Of a stretch of DNA of 64,000 bases, positions 13,962 through 28,300 are shown in pieces (the first letter of the stretch is position 1; every line of letters begins with the position of its first letter). A program made the translations under genes and the position numbers. Source of the DNA: Amoebidium appalachense (lineage: Eukaryota; Protista; Ichthyosporea). The notes under the pieces are model-generated. The model ran no database searches. It was given only the letters and a program-made list of their open reading frames with translations, and was not told where the DNA came from. The stretch spans positions 15,049,143 through 15,113,142 of the forward strand of contig CAVNZM010000003.1 in assembly GCA_963693365.1 (NCBI GenBank). Reading direction: 5' to 3'.

Positions 13962-15249
13962 CTTTAAGAAGTAGAGACGACCACTGTAGAGGCGTTGGTG
14001 GTGGTGTGAGGTTTGGGTAGAAGGTGGGTGTTTATATACACCGGGGCAACTCGGGGAGAGGGCCCTAGAGCTCACGCGATCATAGGTATGCATCTCGATA
14101 TGGGATAGTAGTTATCTATTGGCTGGATTTGAATGGAATGTAGAGCATGCCGCTCATCTGCTTCATCCGTGAGCAATGATTCATTTGCCTCACGCGCAAA
14201 TTTCTTCCTGCTGTTAGTACAAGACTCCAGTTGGGGTCAATTAGAATCCTGACTTATGAGTGTGCTATACAGTACAATCTGTGTCTAGGCGGAAGACGGT
14301 AAGCTCCCCTGAGGCAGTGCCTCGCCGGGAGTGAAACGGGATAAAATAAATAAAATAAAAAAAAGATGTACAAGACTTTGAAGAAAAGCTGTAAAAGGGG
14401 CTAATGCATCAAGACAAGAGATGAGAAAGGGTAGGTTTTACTAGTTGAGGCGACTTTGAAATGTAGCTCAGTGTAGCCTCCTTACGTCATTCGACCGCCA
14501 ATTTAGATCCAAGAGCGCTGTGATCTACTTCTTAGTGATCAGTGACTCATAACGGATCACGATGACGGAGCAATCAATGATTATCGCGGCCGTCTACACA
14601 GGTCATTGTAACACGTTGCAATAATCAAAATATTAATCAATGTGCACACATGCACACTAACAAAAAGTTAGTTTTATGGGCTCAAATACCATTATTTTGT
14701 TATCATGATGACCAGCATATATTAGCTAATATTGCCTTTATGATCAATGAACCGCCATTTCGACCGAGGCCAGTGCAGTGGAATCATATCATTCATATGA
14801 TTCATATCACTGAATTCGTGGCTTTGGATTGGTCAAGAGCCACTGGTGCTTTGTGTAACCAATAGATAGGTCTATGTATAACCCATATATGGTTATCATG
14901 TCCATCTAGATTCTCGACCAGTCGATTAGCTGCAGGCCGCCTCGCGGCTGCGTTGGCGCCCGCCCACCAGGGAAGCGCCCAAAGTTTCACGGGCCGGGCC
15001 AGGTCGGGTTTGGTCGGTCATGGAAGATCTACAGCCAGGGTCGGTCGGTCACCGGTCACACAAGTCCTAAACCAGGTCGGTCACCGGGCCGGGTCTAAGT
15101 GAAAATCTCGGGAGTCCTCCCTTAGTCATTAGTGGGGGGCGCAGCGTGTGTTTTGCCGTGTAACAAGCGGGCACTGGGGCACTTCCTGACTAGATGGATC
15201 CCCTATTTAATTTGCACGCACTTGTGTTAACACGGTTCTACGGTACGCA

Positions 15250-15350
15250 CGTGTGTATTGTGTGCGTGCGTGTATGTGTGCGAGGGCGCGTGCGCGCGCG
15301 TGTGTGCGGATGCGCACAGTGCGCGCGCGCGTGTATGTGTACATGCACAC

Positions 15351-15382
<32 letters not shown>

Positions 15383-15515
15383 GTGTGTTCGTGTGTGTGT
15401 GTGTGCACGTATGTCTGCACGTGTGTGTGTGCCGTCTGTGTGTCTGAGTGCACGGTGTGCGTGTGTGTGTGTGTGTGTGCGCGCGCGCGTGTGTGTGTTC
15501 GTTTGTCCGTGTCTC

Positions 15516-15590
<75 letters not shown>

Positions 15591-15700
15591 TGTTTATGTG
15601 CCGAGTGTAAATTTGTGTGTGCCACGTGTGTGCGTATACATGTGTGTTGACATGTCACGTGCAGCGTGTGCGCGTGTGTGCGTGCCAGTGTGTGTGAGCG
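15250..15700. repeat. Degenerate (TG)n/(GC)n microsatellite
   Basis: Visible in the sequence. Confidence 0.85.
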
Positions 15701-15857
15701 TAAGCAGCAACTACTTGTACATGTGTCATAAAGCAGTAAAAAATGATATATCATTGTATCTATACATGATCACTGTAGGCATCAAACGGAAAATAATGCA
15801 CGACTATTAATAATATTAATATTGTATTATGTATGCCCCCACCTCCCCGCGGCCCGG

Positions 15858-15980
15858 AAAAATACCCGACCGGGCCGGCCTGTGACCGACCCGGCCCAAG
15901 GCCAAAACCCGCCCGGGTATACCGGGCAGGTTTTGGCCTTGGGCCGGGTCGGTCACAGGCCGGCCCGGTCGGGTATTTTT
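15858..15980. repeat. Near-perfect 123-bp palindrome (foldback/MITE-like)
   Basis: About 60-bp arms (AAAAATACCCGACCGGGCCGGCC...) centred on GTATAC, with one substitution and one indel. Confidence 0.9.
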
Positions 15981-16840
15981 GGCTTTCGGGTATCATACTC
16001 TTGTAGTTTTTTATTTTGTCTTTCTCTCATGTCTCTCTCTCTCTCTCTCTCTTGTTACTATGTGTGGCCATGGACGCCGCCCGTGTGTGTGTGTGTGTGT
16101 GTGTGCATCTATATATATATATATATATATTATCACGTTTGCCCAGCGAGGCGCAGCCTCGCCATATGGGGTTAACGTTTTCTCTACGCCTCAGTGGAAG
16201 CCTAGGATCTAGCGGCCACCAGTGCCGGACAATCAATATTGCATACATGCAAGCAGACGTATCTGGACTGGGGTCTATACTGGTAATTTAGCACGATATC
16301 CTCGAAGTTCTCTTTTGACCACCACTCAGTGCAGCCACAGCGCAGATTCACGGCACAAACATAGACTTGAAGCCTTGACAAGGCCCTGCGGGGAGACCCA
16401 TATACACTAGTTCGGAATTCGGAATTCCCATTGGAATTCGCATGCGTAACCTTATATGGCTTACCTGAAAACTTTGGGTCATCTGATTGGCCTCACTTTC
16501 TGAAAGGGCTAGGGTAAGGGCTGCCGGCCCGTCACCCCATCGGGGCCGGGGTGCAAATCTATACGCTCTGATGTGCATATTTTACTCGTTTTTACTTAGA
16601 AAACAGGTTTTGTTCACTAATAAAAATCGTCGGAAATGAAACAACGCGTAATAATGATATATGAGGTCGGGGGTGTCCGATGCTTCCTTCTATGTACACA
16701 AAATCGGCAAAAACCCGTCCTTCTAGGCCTCCGATCGTCAGGGCCACGGTCCCACAAGGTTTCTCGTACTGTAGACCAGACACACGCACACGCACAAACA
16801 CCGTGACACGCACAAACACACACACACCCGAAGAGAGAGC

Positions 16841-17230
<390 letters not shown>

Positions 17231-17610
17231 GACTCACTGAGGGAGAGATACTGTTACAAATCACAACCACGACACGCACAGCTTCACACACCGTGGCACG
17301 CAAACAAACCATGCACACGCACACACACACACTCGCTTTCTCAGTCCCTTCACACCTTTTTCTGTGTGTTCATGTGTGTGTGTGTTCGGGGGGGGGGGGG
17401 GGGGGGGGGGGGGTAGGTCCATTCGGATGGCAATGATAGACCGAAATGAAAATGACCGATTTTGGAGGAAGCCGCGGCAACGACCATGCCAGCCTATTTG
17501 AACCATGATCTGGCACCCTATGTAATCTTACCAGCTGGTCCAAAGTATGTGGGCAGTTAAGGCATAGAAGAAATGGTGCGATGGGGTGCGGTAACGTGTG
17601 TGTATGGGGG

Positions 17611-17649
<39 letters not shown>

Positions 17650-18903
17650 TGCAGCGGGCACATTTTTCTTAGCTATTATACCGTCTTCCCAGAAACTTAA
17701 GGCAAAGCTAAGAAACAGTGTTGATCGACATGAAGGTCTGATTTGTAGTAATGTGGGCCTAATGGGGAATTATCGCAAACTTTGTAGTACAAGATATCTC
17801 ACCTATAGGCCAAATATCATAACTTATAGGCTACAGTACATAAGCCCTCTCCAGCCGAAGCTCACTGAATTCGATTGTATTAATCCCACCCCCCCGCTCT
17901 TCCCCCGGGGTCCCCCCTGTTTCTCACTAACTTTTCCGCGCCCCCCTCGAGACCTGAAATAGGGCTTCTTAAGGGAGCTGCAAGTCGACTTTCATTGGAC
18001 CAGAGCATAAAACATGCTGAAAACTGGACGTCACAAGAACTTAGTTACTGATTATAAAACTTGTCACTCTGAGTACAGATTATTCCTTAGACTATATTAA
18101 ATCTATAGTATGAAATTAACATCGACAGTAAACCAATTGAAACCCCGATTTATATTATTTTACAGAGGAGGAGAGGGGGGGGGGGGGGGGGGGGGGGAGG
18201 GGAGGAATCAAAAATCTCAAGCATATCTAGCTCAGGCTTCGGAACCCCTGCATTCTATCATGTCTCCATAGGCCCAGGCCAAAGTATCGGGTACTAGTAG
18301 TACTACGGCCAGCAGGCTGAAGAAAGGTGTCACGGTGTGCTTACATAAATGTGTGTGTTTGTGTGTGTGCTGTGTGTGTGTGTGCTGTGTGTGTGTGTGT
18401 GTGTGTGTGCGTGTGTGTGTGTGCGTGCGCACACCTGCGGGTGTGTGAAATCCTGGGCACCCTCACATATTGGGCCCCAGGTCCATGGACAAATGCACGT
18501 GGGCGGACAACCTACACCGTGAGTTGGAACACCGATTTACCCATTTGGACACGAAATCCACCATGCAATACCCGTCTCAGTAACCCCTGCACTAATCATA
18601 ATCAACCCCCAGACATCAAATCAACCCGCAGAACTAGGTGTGAAGGTGCGAAACACATTCTTCCCCTCCACGTGCACTATGTACGTAATCCATAAGTACT
18701 GTTTCAACTTTGAGAACCTATCGGCCACCTCTGAGACTCGGCATTTTCTACCATCATTGCGGCCACTGTAATCATTTATAAAAGAAGTAGGAATATCATC
18801 CTGCAATTGTTTTTAAACGAGACAGGTGCCACTCAATCATTGCCATATATATCACACTTGCTAGACATTCGGGCAATCAAGTACTTTCTTTTTTTTTTTT
18901 TTT

Positions 18904-18946
<43 letters not shown>

Positions 18947-19885
18947 TCAGGCGGAGCGTGTGTGTGGGTGCAGTGGTCACGCGAGTATGTTTCTCAAGCC
19001 ATTCGGTTCACTATTTTTTACTGTGGAAGATCTATACTGAGATGGCAAGAACCACATGATCTTCAATGGCAGCACGATGCGGACACCAACACATAGTGTT
19101 AGTATGTGCGTGTTTCAAGTTGGGTGGTGGGTGGAAGTACTGTTGGCCTTGGTGCCGACACCAGATCACAACTCACATACATGTCGATAATAAACAACCC
19201 CCCCCCCCCCCCCCCCCATATGTTTCTTATGCTTTCGTTTTTTTTTAGAGGTTGTGTGTGAGGCCCTTCTACTGGCATAATGCACGATACTAAGAACGCG
19301 AGAAACGATTAGCAAACACCGGGGCTGCATGCCTTCTTCTCCGGGTTTCATACTATTTTCGATTCATTCTTTTTGGGCAGGCGGACCAGCCTGCCTTGTG
19401 TGTAGGGACTACTGCCGGATATGTACATCTATCCTGGACATGTTATTCGCATCTCCGAAATAAAATTCTTGTTTCTGCGTCATATGCTCATCAACCACTA
19501 TTGATAATCTCGGTATAGGTATTTATAAAACAAACTTTACTACACTTACAGGGCTGCTTCTTTCCGATTAATAAAATAATCTCTCGGTGTTAGCTGAACT
19601 CATAAATAGCACCTTAACTAGTGTACTGTCGGTGCTGTGTGGTAGACGGTAGTTTCCCTAGAGGGCCTGGAGAGGCTCTCCGGGTAAAAAACGCGATAAA
19701 ATAAAATATAAAAAAATGTACATACAATCTCTGCTCGCAAAGATATTAATTACCCTGGGCCCCCAGCTCAGCTTTACCTTTCACAACCACTCAACCCACG
19801 CGCCACAGTGTACACACTATCACACTCGCATGCTCTTACTATACACACACAACATACACACACACGCACACGCACGCACACACAC

Positions 19886-20235
19886 CTAACCAGCCAGTGA
19901 CGTCCTTAGAGCCTGTGCGCTTGCAGCATCCACCACAAACGGCACAATGGGCGGAGGGGTTAACCCCATCGCCGCCTGTGTCTGTCTCACTGCTTGTGCC
20001 TCTTTCACCATCTTCTGCAGCATGTATACTTCCCGCCTGCGTGCATTTTTCTTGTCTCTGTTGTGCAGGTGGATAAACTTCAGACCGCACGAGTTGCACA
20101 GGGTACCTGGGCCGTTGGGTCCACGCCTCCACTGAATAATGCAAAAATTACCGTCAGAATATCTGAATAGACTTCTTTTTTCTTGTTGGGTGCATTACAG
20201 TACTGCTGCCAATCCCCTCCCCTCCCCCTCCCTCC

Positions 20236-20266
<31 letters not shown>

Positions 20267-21714
20267 CGCCAAAACAAAAAACAAAACAGAAACAAAACAA
20301 GTTTGAATGGTAGCATCAAAATGCGTTGTATGGATGACACAAGAATCTAAGTTCGTTACTGCCGGATTAGGGCAGAATTATGCAAAGGGCAACATGGGCA
20401 TCGAGTGCATGTGGACAGCCGAACCAGGGTGGTCCAATACAAGTGCTCGTACGTGAGAAGAGAGGGAGTAGGGTAGGTTTCATTGTACATGGTGTGTGCT
20501 TGTGAATGCACAGGGCCTCTTTAAAGTTATCGATGGGTGTGGCTTTCGCTTTCGAAGAAGCAAGAGAATAGAGAAAAACTCAACACTGTAGGTCAGGGGG
20601 TATATGCCTCAGGCATCTCTTGAGTCGCCTTTGGGAGGAACATGGCAATAAAAGGAAACAAGGGTGATGCCACTCAATTTTGCAGAACAAACAAATAACG
20701 CGATTGAAAAAAAAACCCTGCTGCACAAACCCGTGGAAGCGTGTGCATCCAAGCCACTTTTTCAAGACACAAAACATTATAACCACGAAGCGCCATAAAC
20801 CAACCGCGTGACTTTTATGCAGTGGGGATGGTTCTTACCTGCGGTGTCTTCATACACCCGCACTCCGAGCACTTCCTATCCGGGTCATCCTTTGCAACGT
20901 TCACAGCTGCCGGTTCCTTTTTGATCCACTTCTCGCAAGAACTGTCTATCCCACTGACTTCCTGCAAAGACGACAACATGTCTTCTTCGAATATCTTTGC
21001 CTCGGTGAGCATTTCGAGTGACCCGAGTGACCCGTTAGTGCTCAAAGGTGGTGTGTGCATTCCGGTCGAGTTCTTTCGAGACCTTTCCACGGAGGTGCAA
21101 GAGTGTCTCCTCGCTCTTTGCCTCCTGTCTGGTCCCCCTGCATTTATCTTTCCACTTGCTTTCACACCCGTGTTCCCTGATGTTACTTCCATATCCGATC
21201 CATTCCCACACCCTTCATCATCCTCCCCCTTCACGGTAGGCAGGTGGTCTAGCAAGGCATCTATAACATCGTCGTTGTTTATTAGCAATGCTAGATCCAG
21301 CGCCGTCTTTCCACTCTCGGTCTCCAATTTTAGACTTGCTCCCCTGGAACAGAGCAACTCAACTAGTGGTGCATTTCCAGTAGCCGCAGCCCAATGAAGT
21401 GCACTCCAACCTCGAGAGTCTGTGGTGTCTATGAAGCACCCTGGTGTTGCATGCGCAAGAAGTGATTTGATGCGCTCCATGTCGCCATTTTTGGCTGAGG
21501 AAACAAATTCATGTGCTAGAGTCTCAGTTACGTTCATGCCAAGTGCAGTTGCACGCTCTGTTGTGAGTGAGGAGCTAGATAGGTCGGTGGATAAGGGCAC
21601 ACGGAGTGATTCTGTGCTTGAGTTTTGCTGCTTATCGAAGTGTTTTGTGGAAGGGAGGGAGGAGAGAGAAAGACTTTCGAGGTGTATTTCGTAATGTGGG
21701 TGGACAAGAGCCAT
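19886..21714 (-). CDS. Ankyrin-repeat + GATA zinc-finger protein (C-X2-C-X18-C-X2-C)
   Basis: Exons 21714-20839 and 20131-19886 splice in phase 0 to give CSECGCMKTPQ|WRRGPNGPGTLCNSCGL followed by a basic tail. Ankyrin motifs GWSALHWAAATGNAPLVELL and GKTALDLA. Confidence 0.9.
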
Positions 21715-24186
21715 GTTGGTGGTGATGCTACGGTTTGTGTTTGTTTGTGTGGAAGAATGAAAACACGTGGAAAATATGGAACGGCAAGACACATATAGAC
21801 ACACAAGTACGCGATATGGAGGACAGATGGGCCGTGTGCCTGATGTTGAACGGGTTTTGGGAGAAGATTGGAATGCAAGTTAATCCGAATAGTACAGTGA
21901 TTGTCAAGGCTCGAACTTCCATGGTTCAAAACATCTCGTTTTGTAGAGCTTTTGCTCATACCTAGTATAGTATTATTGACAATTATATCATAGTATATAT
22001 GTGGAGAAATAATCAGTTTTATGCTATTGAATGGAAAAGCTAGATAACAAAAGCTTCAATCTGTGGTTGTTCGTTCAAGATTGACTTTTGAGTTCCGAAA
22101 TCCTGTTCAATTTTCAAAGTCTGGAATAGGTGCGTCAGTTGCAAATGCTTATTGGCTGTTATTGTTGATTAGGGCTGAGAGTACATTCCTTTTGCAATTG
22201 TCCCCCTAAAACATCGCTCTTACTTTGAGTTTCAAGAGACCAGTACTGGTCCAGTAGGCTACCGTAGTACCATATTTTGTTTTGCTTCGAGAACGTAACG
22301 CCAAACTGTGCTCTAGCAATTTTTCAAGACATTATTATTTTAAGATTTAATTAATTAATATAGGGGTCAATGTAGGTTTCAACTGCTCAAGCCTGAGCGG
22401 GCGTTTATTTCTAGCAACTTGGCAAGTCAAAAAATTGAATGATTATTTCGGATACTAATGAGAAACCCCTCCAACTGGGGAGACGTTTTTATCATGATCT
22501 CCCAAATAGTGTATCGTCGAAATTCTGTTGTGTTGGTCGCTGATATGTTTTGGTGGCACAGCCCCAATAAGCGCGCGAGATAAAGGTTAGAAAGTCGAAG
22601 AAAAAACTAAATTTACTTTTTACTTCTGTAATGAATTCGCAAGGTTCTTATGCGATATAATCTATTTGTGATTCGTTGAAAACGCAATTGCAGCTACTTC
22701 GAGCTTCCGAAGTTCCGGTCCGTCAGATATTAGACTCCAAATTATCGAAACTATGCACCTCTGGCTTACCATGACGAGTAACCAATCCTCACAGGTCTGT
22801 GCTAGCGCAAGAATTTCAGATGTCATCCCAGTTTATCAGGAAAAGTAAAAAAAAAACTTTAAAAAAAGCACAAAAGCATCGGGGCCCGAAAAAAATCACA
22901 ATAAACCTGCCGAATCTCTACTATATTACAAGCCACTCGGCTTTTTGATGATCTGACAGATACCATGCTGTAACACTGCGCATGCAGCGTTTGGAGAACT
23001 TTGGGAAACACAGGTATGCTGAGAATACTACCAATCGCACAGCTAATATAGCGGATCATCGTGTTCCAGCTTAGAGGCATGGCCTGCGATGCACATGATT
23101 GGCCGGCCACTCAACTCCTCTTACAGGGTTGGAAGTTTATATTTGCCAGCAGCGAAACGCGGGGAATCATGTAGCGAAATCCGGGCCATGCATTCTGTTT
23201 AATGAATACTTGGATGATGGTAGTCCTGTTAAGAATTTCCTGCATGATCGGTCAGAATATATATATAGATCAGTCCCGTTTTTTCTAATAAGTTTGCTAA
23301 GACGATTACACATTAACATATTTATAAGTAATGCTCTTATTCATGGACGTGGGCCGCAGCACTCTTGAAAATTTCCTCGGATTTGGGGCGGCCTGTGGGG
23401 AAGGGTCAACCCCGGGAAATATTTTAGGCACTTTTCAAAATAATTTATACCCCTTAGTTTTGTGCACTGCAGCCTCGGCACGCACGCTTAGCCAACTCGC
23501 GAACAAACTTGAGCTCCTCGCCTCCTCCAGACCTTACCTTGTTCGCCAAACAACTCATGGACAGTACTGTACTTGTGTATATGGCATGGTCTCACAGTAA
23601 GCCAACCAGCTATAACATTGATTTTCACTTTGAGAAGTGACGAATTGCTGGCAATCGTAATTTCTGCTCTTATCTGTCGTTTCGCCACATATGCACGCAG
23701 TGTCTCAAGGATCGGATCACACCGAGCCTCCAGGGTACGGGCAGACGGGAGTCTGGCGCACATATGCGCATGCCAAACGTGACCAACATTCCGGATGGCT
23801 GAATTCGAGATCAAGCCCACTGAGCCGCGGCAGCGCTTCGATCGATATCAGTGCATACATACTGACCTTTCTCTCTCTCTCTCTCTCTCTCTCTCCCCGG
23901 ATCCCTCCCTCCCTCCCTCCCCCCCTCCCCCCCCCCCCCGCCCTCTCTCTCGTGATCACTCTCTCTCCCTGTCCCCCCCCCCCCCCCCCCCCGACCCCCC
24001 CCCGGTGGGGGCTAGCAGTGGGTGTATTGATGTGGTCGACACCGTGGACATATGAGTTTCCCCACCACGGTGACGGTGTTGGATTACTTTATTTTGTGTT
24101 TACATCATAATGTGTGTTTGTGTTTGTGTGCGTGCCATTGAGTCGCAGACACTGTCTCAATGATACGAATATGTTTGTGCAAGTGT

Positions 24187-24217
<31 letters not shown>

Positions 24218-24281
24218 GGTGTGGGTGTGTGGGTGTACACGTGTCTCTCGCTTCCCACTGCTAACTCACTCTCTCTGTCTG

Positions 24282-24356
<75 letters not shown>

Positions 24357-24380
24357 TGTACGTGTGTGTGTGTGTGTGTG

Positions 24381-24987
24381 TGTCGTACCTACAAACAGAG
24401 TGTATACAAACTACTCTAACTATCTGCACGCTTAAAGGGGCTCGAAACTGTGTATACGTATAAACTTTTCTTTGAGTTGGGTGGGAAGCGAGTTTTTTCG
24501 TGTTCTTAGAAGAACTTCGAAAAGCCCGCGACCCCGCGAGACACTTCACAGACACGCGGCCCACTGGCCAGACAAATACCACAGTGACATTCAGCCAATC
24601 ACAACACTCCCTCCCCCACAGGCTACACGCACTCCACACCATTGGCTACCGCCATCTCAGACACCCCTACAGCACTACAACACGTACACACCTTACTCAC
24701 AATACATATAAGCATACACACACGCGAGCAGGCAACATGGGTCTCGCCAAGCACACAGCAAGAAGCAATACAACATTTAACATGGAGAGTACGCAGAGGC
24801 GTGGAGCATGCACGCGCGCAGCTTTAACAATCAGCCGCCGCCGCATCAGGTTCTTCCCATACCACTGATTAATCTCCTCATACCCCACTTAGACCCCGGC
24901 ATCACTATGCAAGAAAACCCCCGAAATTCACTCACCAAAACACAAAATATAGAAGCAAACTAATACGAATCAGCTCAGCACATGACA
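24381..24987 (-). repeat. 3' LTR of the non-autonomous element
   Basis: TG...CA ends, apparently identical to 34856-35462, inserted in a (TG)n tract. Confidence 0.92.
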
Positions 24988-25344
24988 ACTCCCCCCTCAC
25001 ACAGAAAATAACTGAGTTCCACCTCAGTAAAAACTACCTAAAAACAAAATAAAGTTATGTGCTGAGCGACTACAACTACCGCTAACCATGCAGGAAGCAG
25101 CATATAACATATAACATAAAACATATACATGCATCCACGCACCACCCCAGCATGGTTAGTACAGTATGCGTCCACGCATAACATACTCCACGCACAACAT
25201 AACGTCGACGCCGATTTTCAAAAATCTTAACATACTGACCTCGCTCATTTTTCGGGATTATGTTAGCGCACCAAGGGGTCCTATACATAGTAGGACGAAT
25301 TATCGGGTTTATCTGGTCAGTTTAGACCCCCTATGTTTAGTATT

Positions 25345-28300
25345 TGTTGTAATACGTAGTATTTACATATGGTAAGATCTTCTCAGTTTGTGTTATGTTT
25401 CAGTTCATATGCTTAGTGTAAATGCCACACTCCTATTATGTAAAGTGTAGCATCGATCTCCGATATGCTTGTATACTTGTAATCGTGTTGTATCGGCTTT
25501 AATCGTGTATTGTAATATCGATTAGAATATTTATATGTGTGTACACGGATCCACCCACTCAGGGAGAGACGTGTACATGTTCGTGTGTACATAAATATCT
25601 CTGGTTATAGTTATGCTATTACTATCTTGTTTGTTGATCTGTGCTCTCTTTTCCTTCCTCTTTCTCCTTCCTTATTTTCTTTTCTTTCTCTCCTTGTCTT
25701 CATGTGTATAATCGTATTTCTTTTCTACTAATATATGTTAGGTAGATTTGTGTTACTTAATACGTGTTCATTGGACGGTAACACACTTAGGCTACACTTA
25801 GAATAGCATGTGTGTTTAGACTTCATTAATTCACTTTAGTTTTCATGTGTTGCCGGGCTTTAACCAATCATCAAGGTTAAGTGTGATATGTCTGAGTCTT
25901 TGCAGTATGTCATAGGTTAGAACTTCCTTGATGATGACACGAGTTGATCCTAACTAGTGTCTGTGTCCTATCGTGTACGCCTCCGCGTACCGGATCTCTC
26001 TGAAAGCAATTGGTTCTTAGTGATTGGTTTCTATTAGAGATGGATCTGATTTCCGACTGGTCGGAAATCATGTATGGATTGGACTTAGAGGAATTTCAGG
26101 TATTTATTCGAAGATCAGAATAAATTCAGTTCAGTCGTGTCTAAACATTGATGTCTGTTGTGTACACTGCTCCGATCGTTCCGTGTTTTGTTGTTGTGTG
26201 TGTCTGTGGTGTTTTCACACTGCACCACTGTGTCTCTGCTTACATCCCAAATACTTATAGAAATTAACAGGTTATGCAGCCCTTTTGTACGCTCCCTACA
26301 CACATCTAGAACTCGCGCTCGTTTTTCAATCATGGATCCAAACAAAACTGGCGTAAACAAAATCACCATGTGGAAAGGTGAAGGGAAGACTGGTCCCGAT
26401 AGCAAAACTACCTATTTTCAATGGGAAATCATTTTTCTCGGCATGATGACCGGCACTAAAGGTGTCCGACTCGTGGATGTTGTCCTTGCTGACAACTACG
26501 TCCCCCCTACCACCGTCGCGGTTGACGGTGAACCCCCCTTCTATGGCTACGGCACTACCGCGGAACTCAAAGAGGCCCGCAATTGCCTCCTGCTCCATAT
26601 GATACAGAACATCGACCCTTCCGTCCTCACCACCGTTGCCCAGTACCGTATTGGCATGGACCCTGAACGGGCCATGTGGAAATTCCGTCAACACTATCTC
26701 CAAGGCAAACCCGATCAGATCCGCATCCTTCACCGTCAGTGGGATGCCTGTGCCCTTCAGCCCGGTGAATCATTCACCACCTACCTGAGCCGTCTGCAGA
26801 CCATCGTGAACCAGCTCCAGTCTCTCCAAGATGAGTCCATTCACTTCACTCGTCTAGCTGAGAAGTTCTTCAATGAACTCACCACCAGAGACGACCTCAC
26901 CCCTGAGTTCAATCGTCTTATCGAAGACTATCACTTCGGTGATAAGCTATTCCCCGACTTCGAGTCCCTCCATAACCACGTCAAGGGCATCGAGTTACGT
27001 CAAGACCTCAAGATGCAACTCCGGAACAACCGTGCCCACCGTGCCTCCAAGTCCAGCATGGCATTAAATGCCAGTGCTCCCCCCCGTGATCTTCCTCGCC
27101 GTGACTTACGCACCCGACTTGACCGTACCTCTGGCACGGACCTCCGAACTCGTCTCTCCCGTCAGCACACCCGATCCCGTTCCCCCCACCGGCCTGCCTT
27201 CCGGTCCACGTCTCGTTCCCCCAGTCGTTCCCGTTTCTCGGGTTCCCGTCGTTCTGATTCCCCGGCTCGTTCTAACACCCCGTCCGTGAAAGAATGCTCC
27301 TACTGCCACGAGCCTGATCACACGATCATCGATTGCCCTGAGCCGAAATGCCGTATGTCCAGACACAACCGTTCCCGTCAAGGCAGTGAGAAATCTGTCT
27401 CCTTTGCTTTCTCGGCATACAATGCTAGCTCCGTCCCCGTGTCCTCCGACCCTGCCTGGGATTCCGGGTGCAACATGACTGTTTGCCCCACCCGTGAGTT
27501 CTTCCATGACCTCACTCCCCTTCCGACACCGACTCCCGTTGCTGCCTTCAATGGCACCCCCGTCTTGGCCACTCACACCGGCCATATCGTCATCAACACC
27601 ACCACCGACCATGGCACTACCACCCTAACCATTGAAGCCTACTACACCCCGTCTGGCCAAGCCTTCCTCATTTCAACATCCCAAGCTGCTGCCGAATACA
27701 TCAAGGGTGATTTGAACGATGCCTCCACTCCGTCATTCCTCTTCGACCGACTCACCGGCCGTCATCTCGTCAACCTCCGTCTACACAACGGTCTGTATTA
27801 CTTCAAGGACTACACCATTCAACCACCCACTCGTCCTGTGGCTCTGGCTGCCACTACCAGTGTTAACCCATCCATCTGGCACCATCGTCTGGGGCACCGA
27901 GCTATGACCAGCATCAAGGACATGGTGAAACACGACCTTGTTATTGGTCTCCCCTCCTCTGTCCTCGACTGTGATGTTCCTGATTGTCATGGCTGCATTA
28001 TGGGTAAGACCACCAAGGCTCCGTTCAGGGGTGACCGTCCTCACTCCAACATCCCCGGTCATGAATGGCATTGGGATTTTTTTGAGCCTACCACAACATC
28101 GTACGGAGGTTCCAAGGTTGCTCTCGTCACTGTCTGCCGTGCCTCTGGCCTCGTCAAGATCTACCCGATGGCCGACCGTACCACCACCCTGGATATTCTC
28201 ACAGCTCACACCAACCTCGTTGCCACCCATGCCCCCTCCAAAGTTGGTGTTTACCACTTCGACTCCGGCTCTGAGTTCACCTCCAAGGATACCCGTGCTT

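Noticed and set aside
23470-23855. Possible plus-strand exons of a host gene
   Set aside because: AG/GT-bounded open stretches exist, but there is no recognisable domain or complete gene model.
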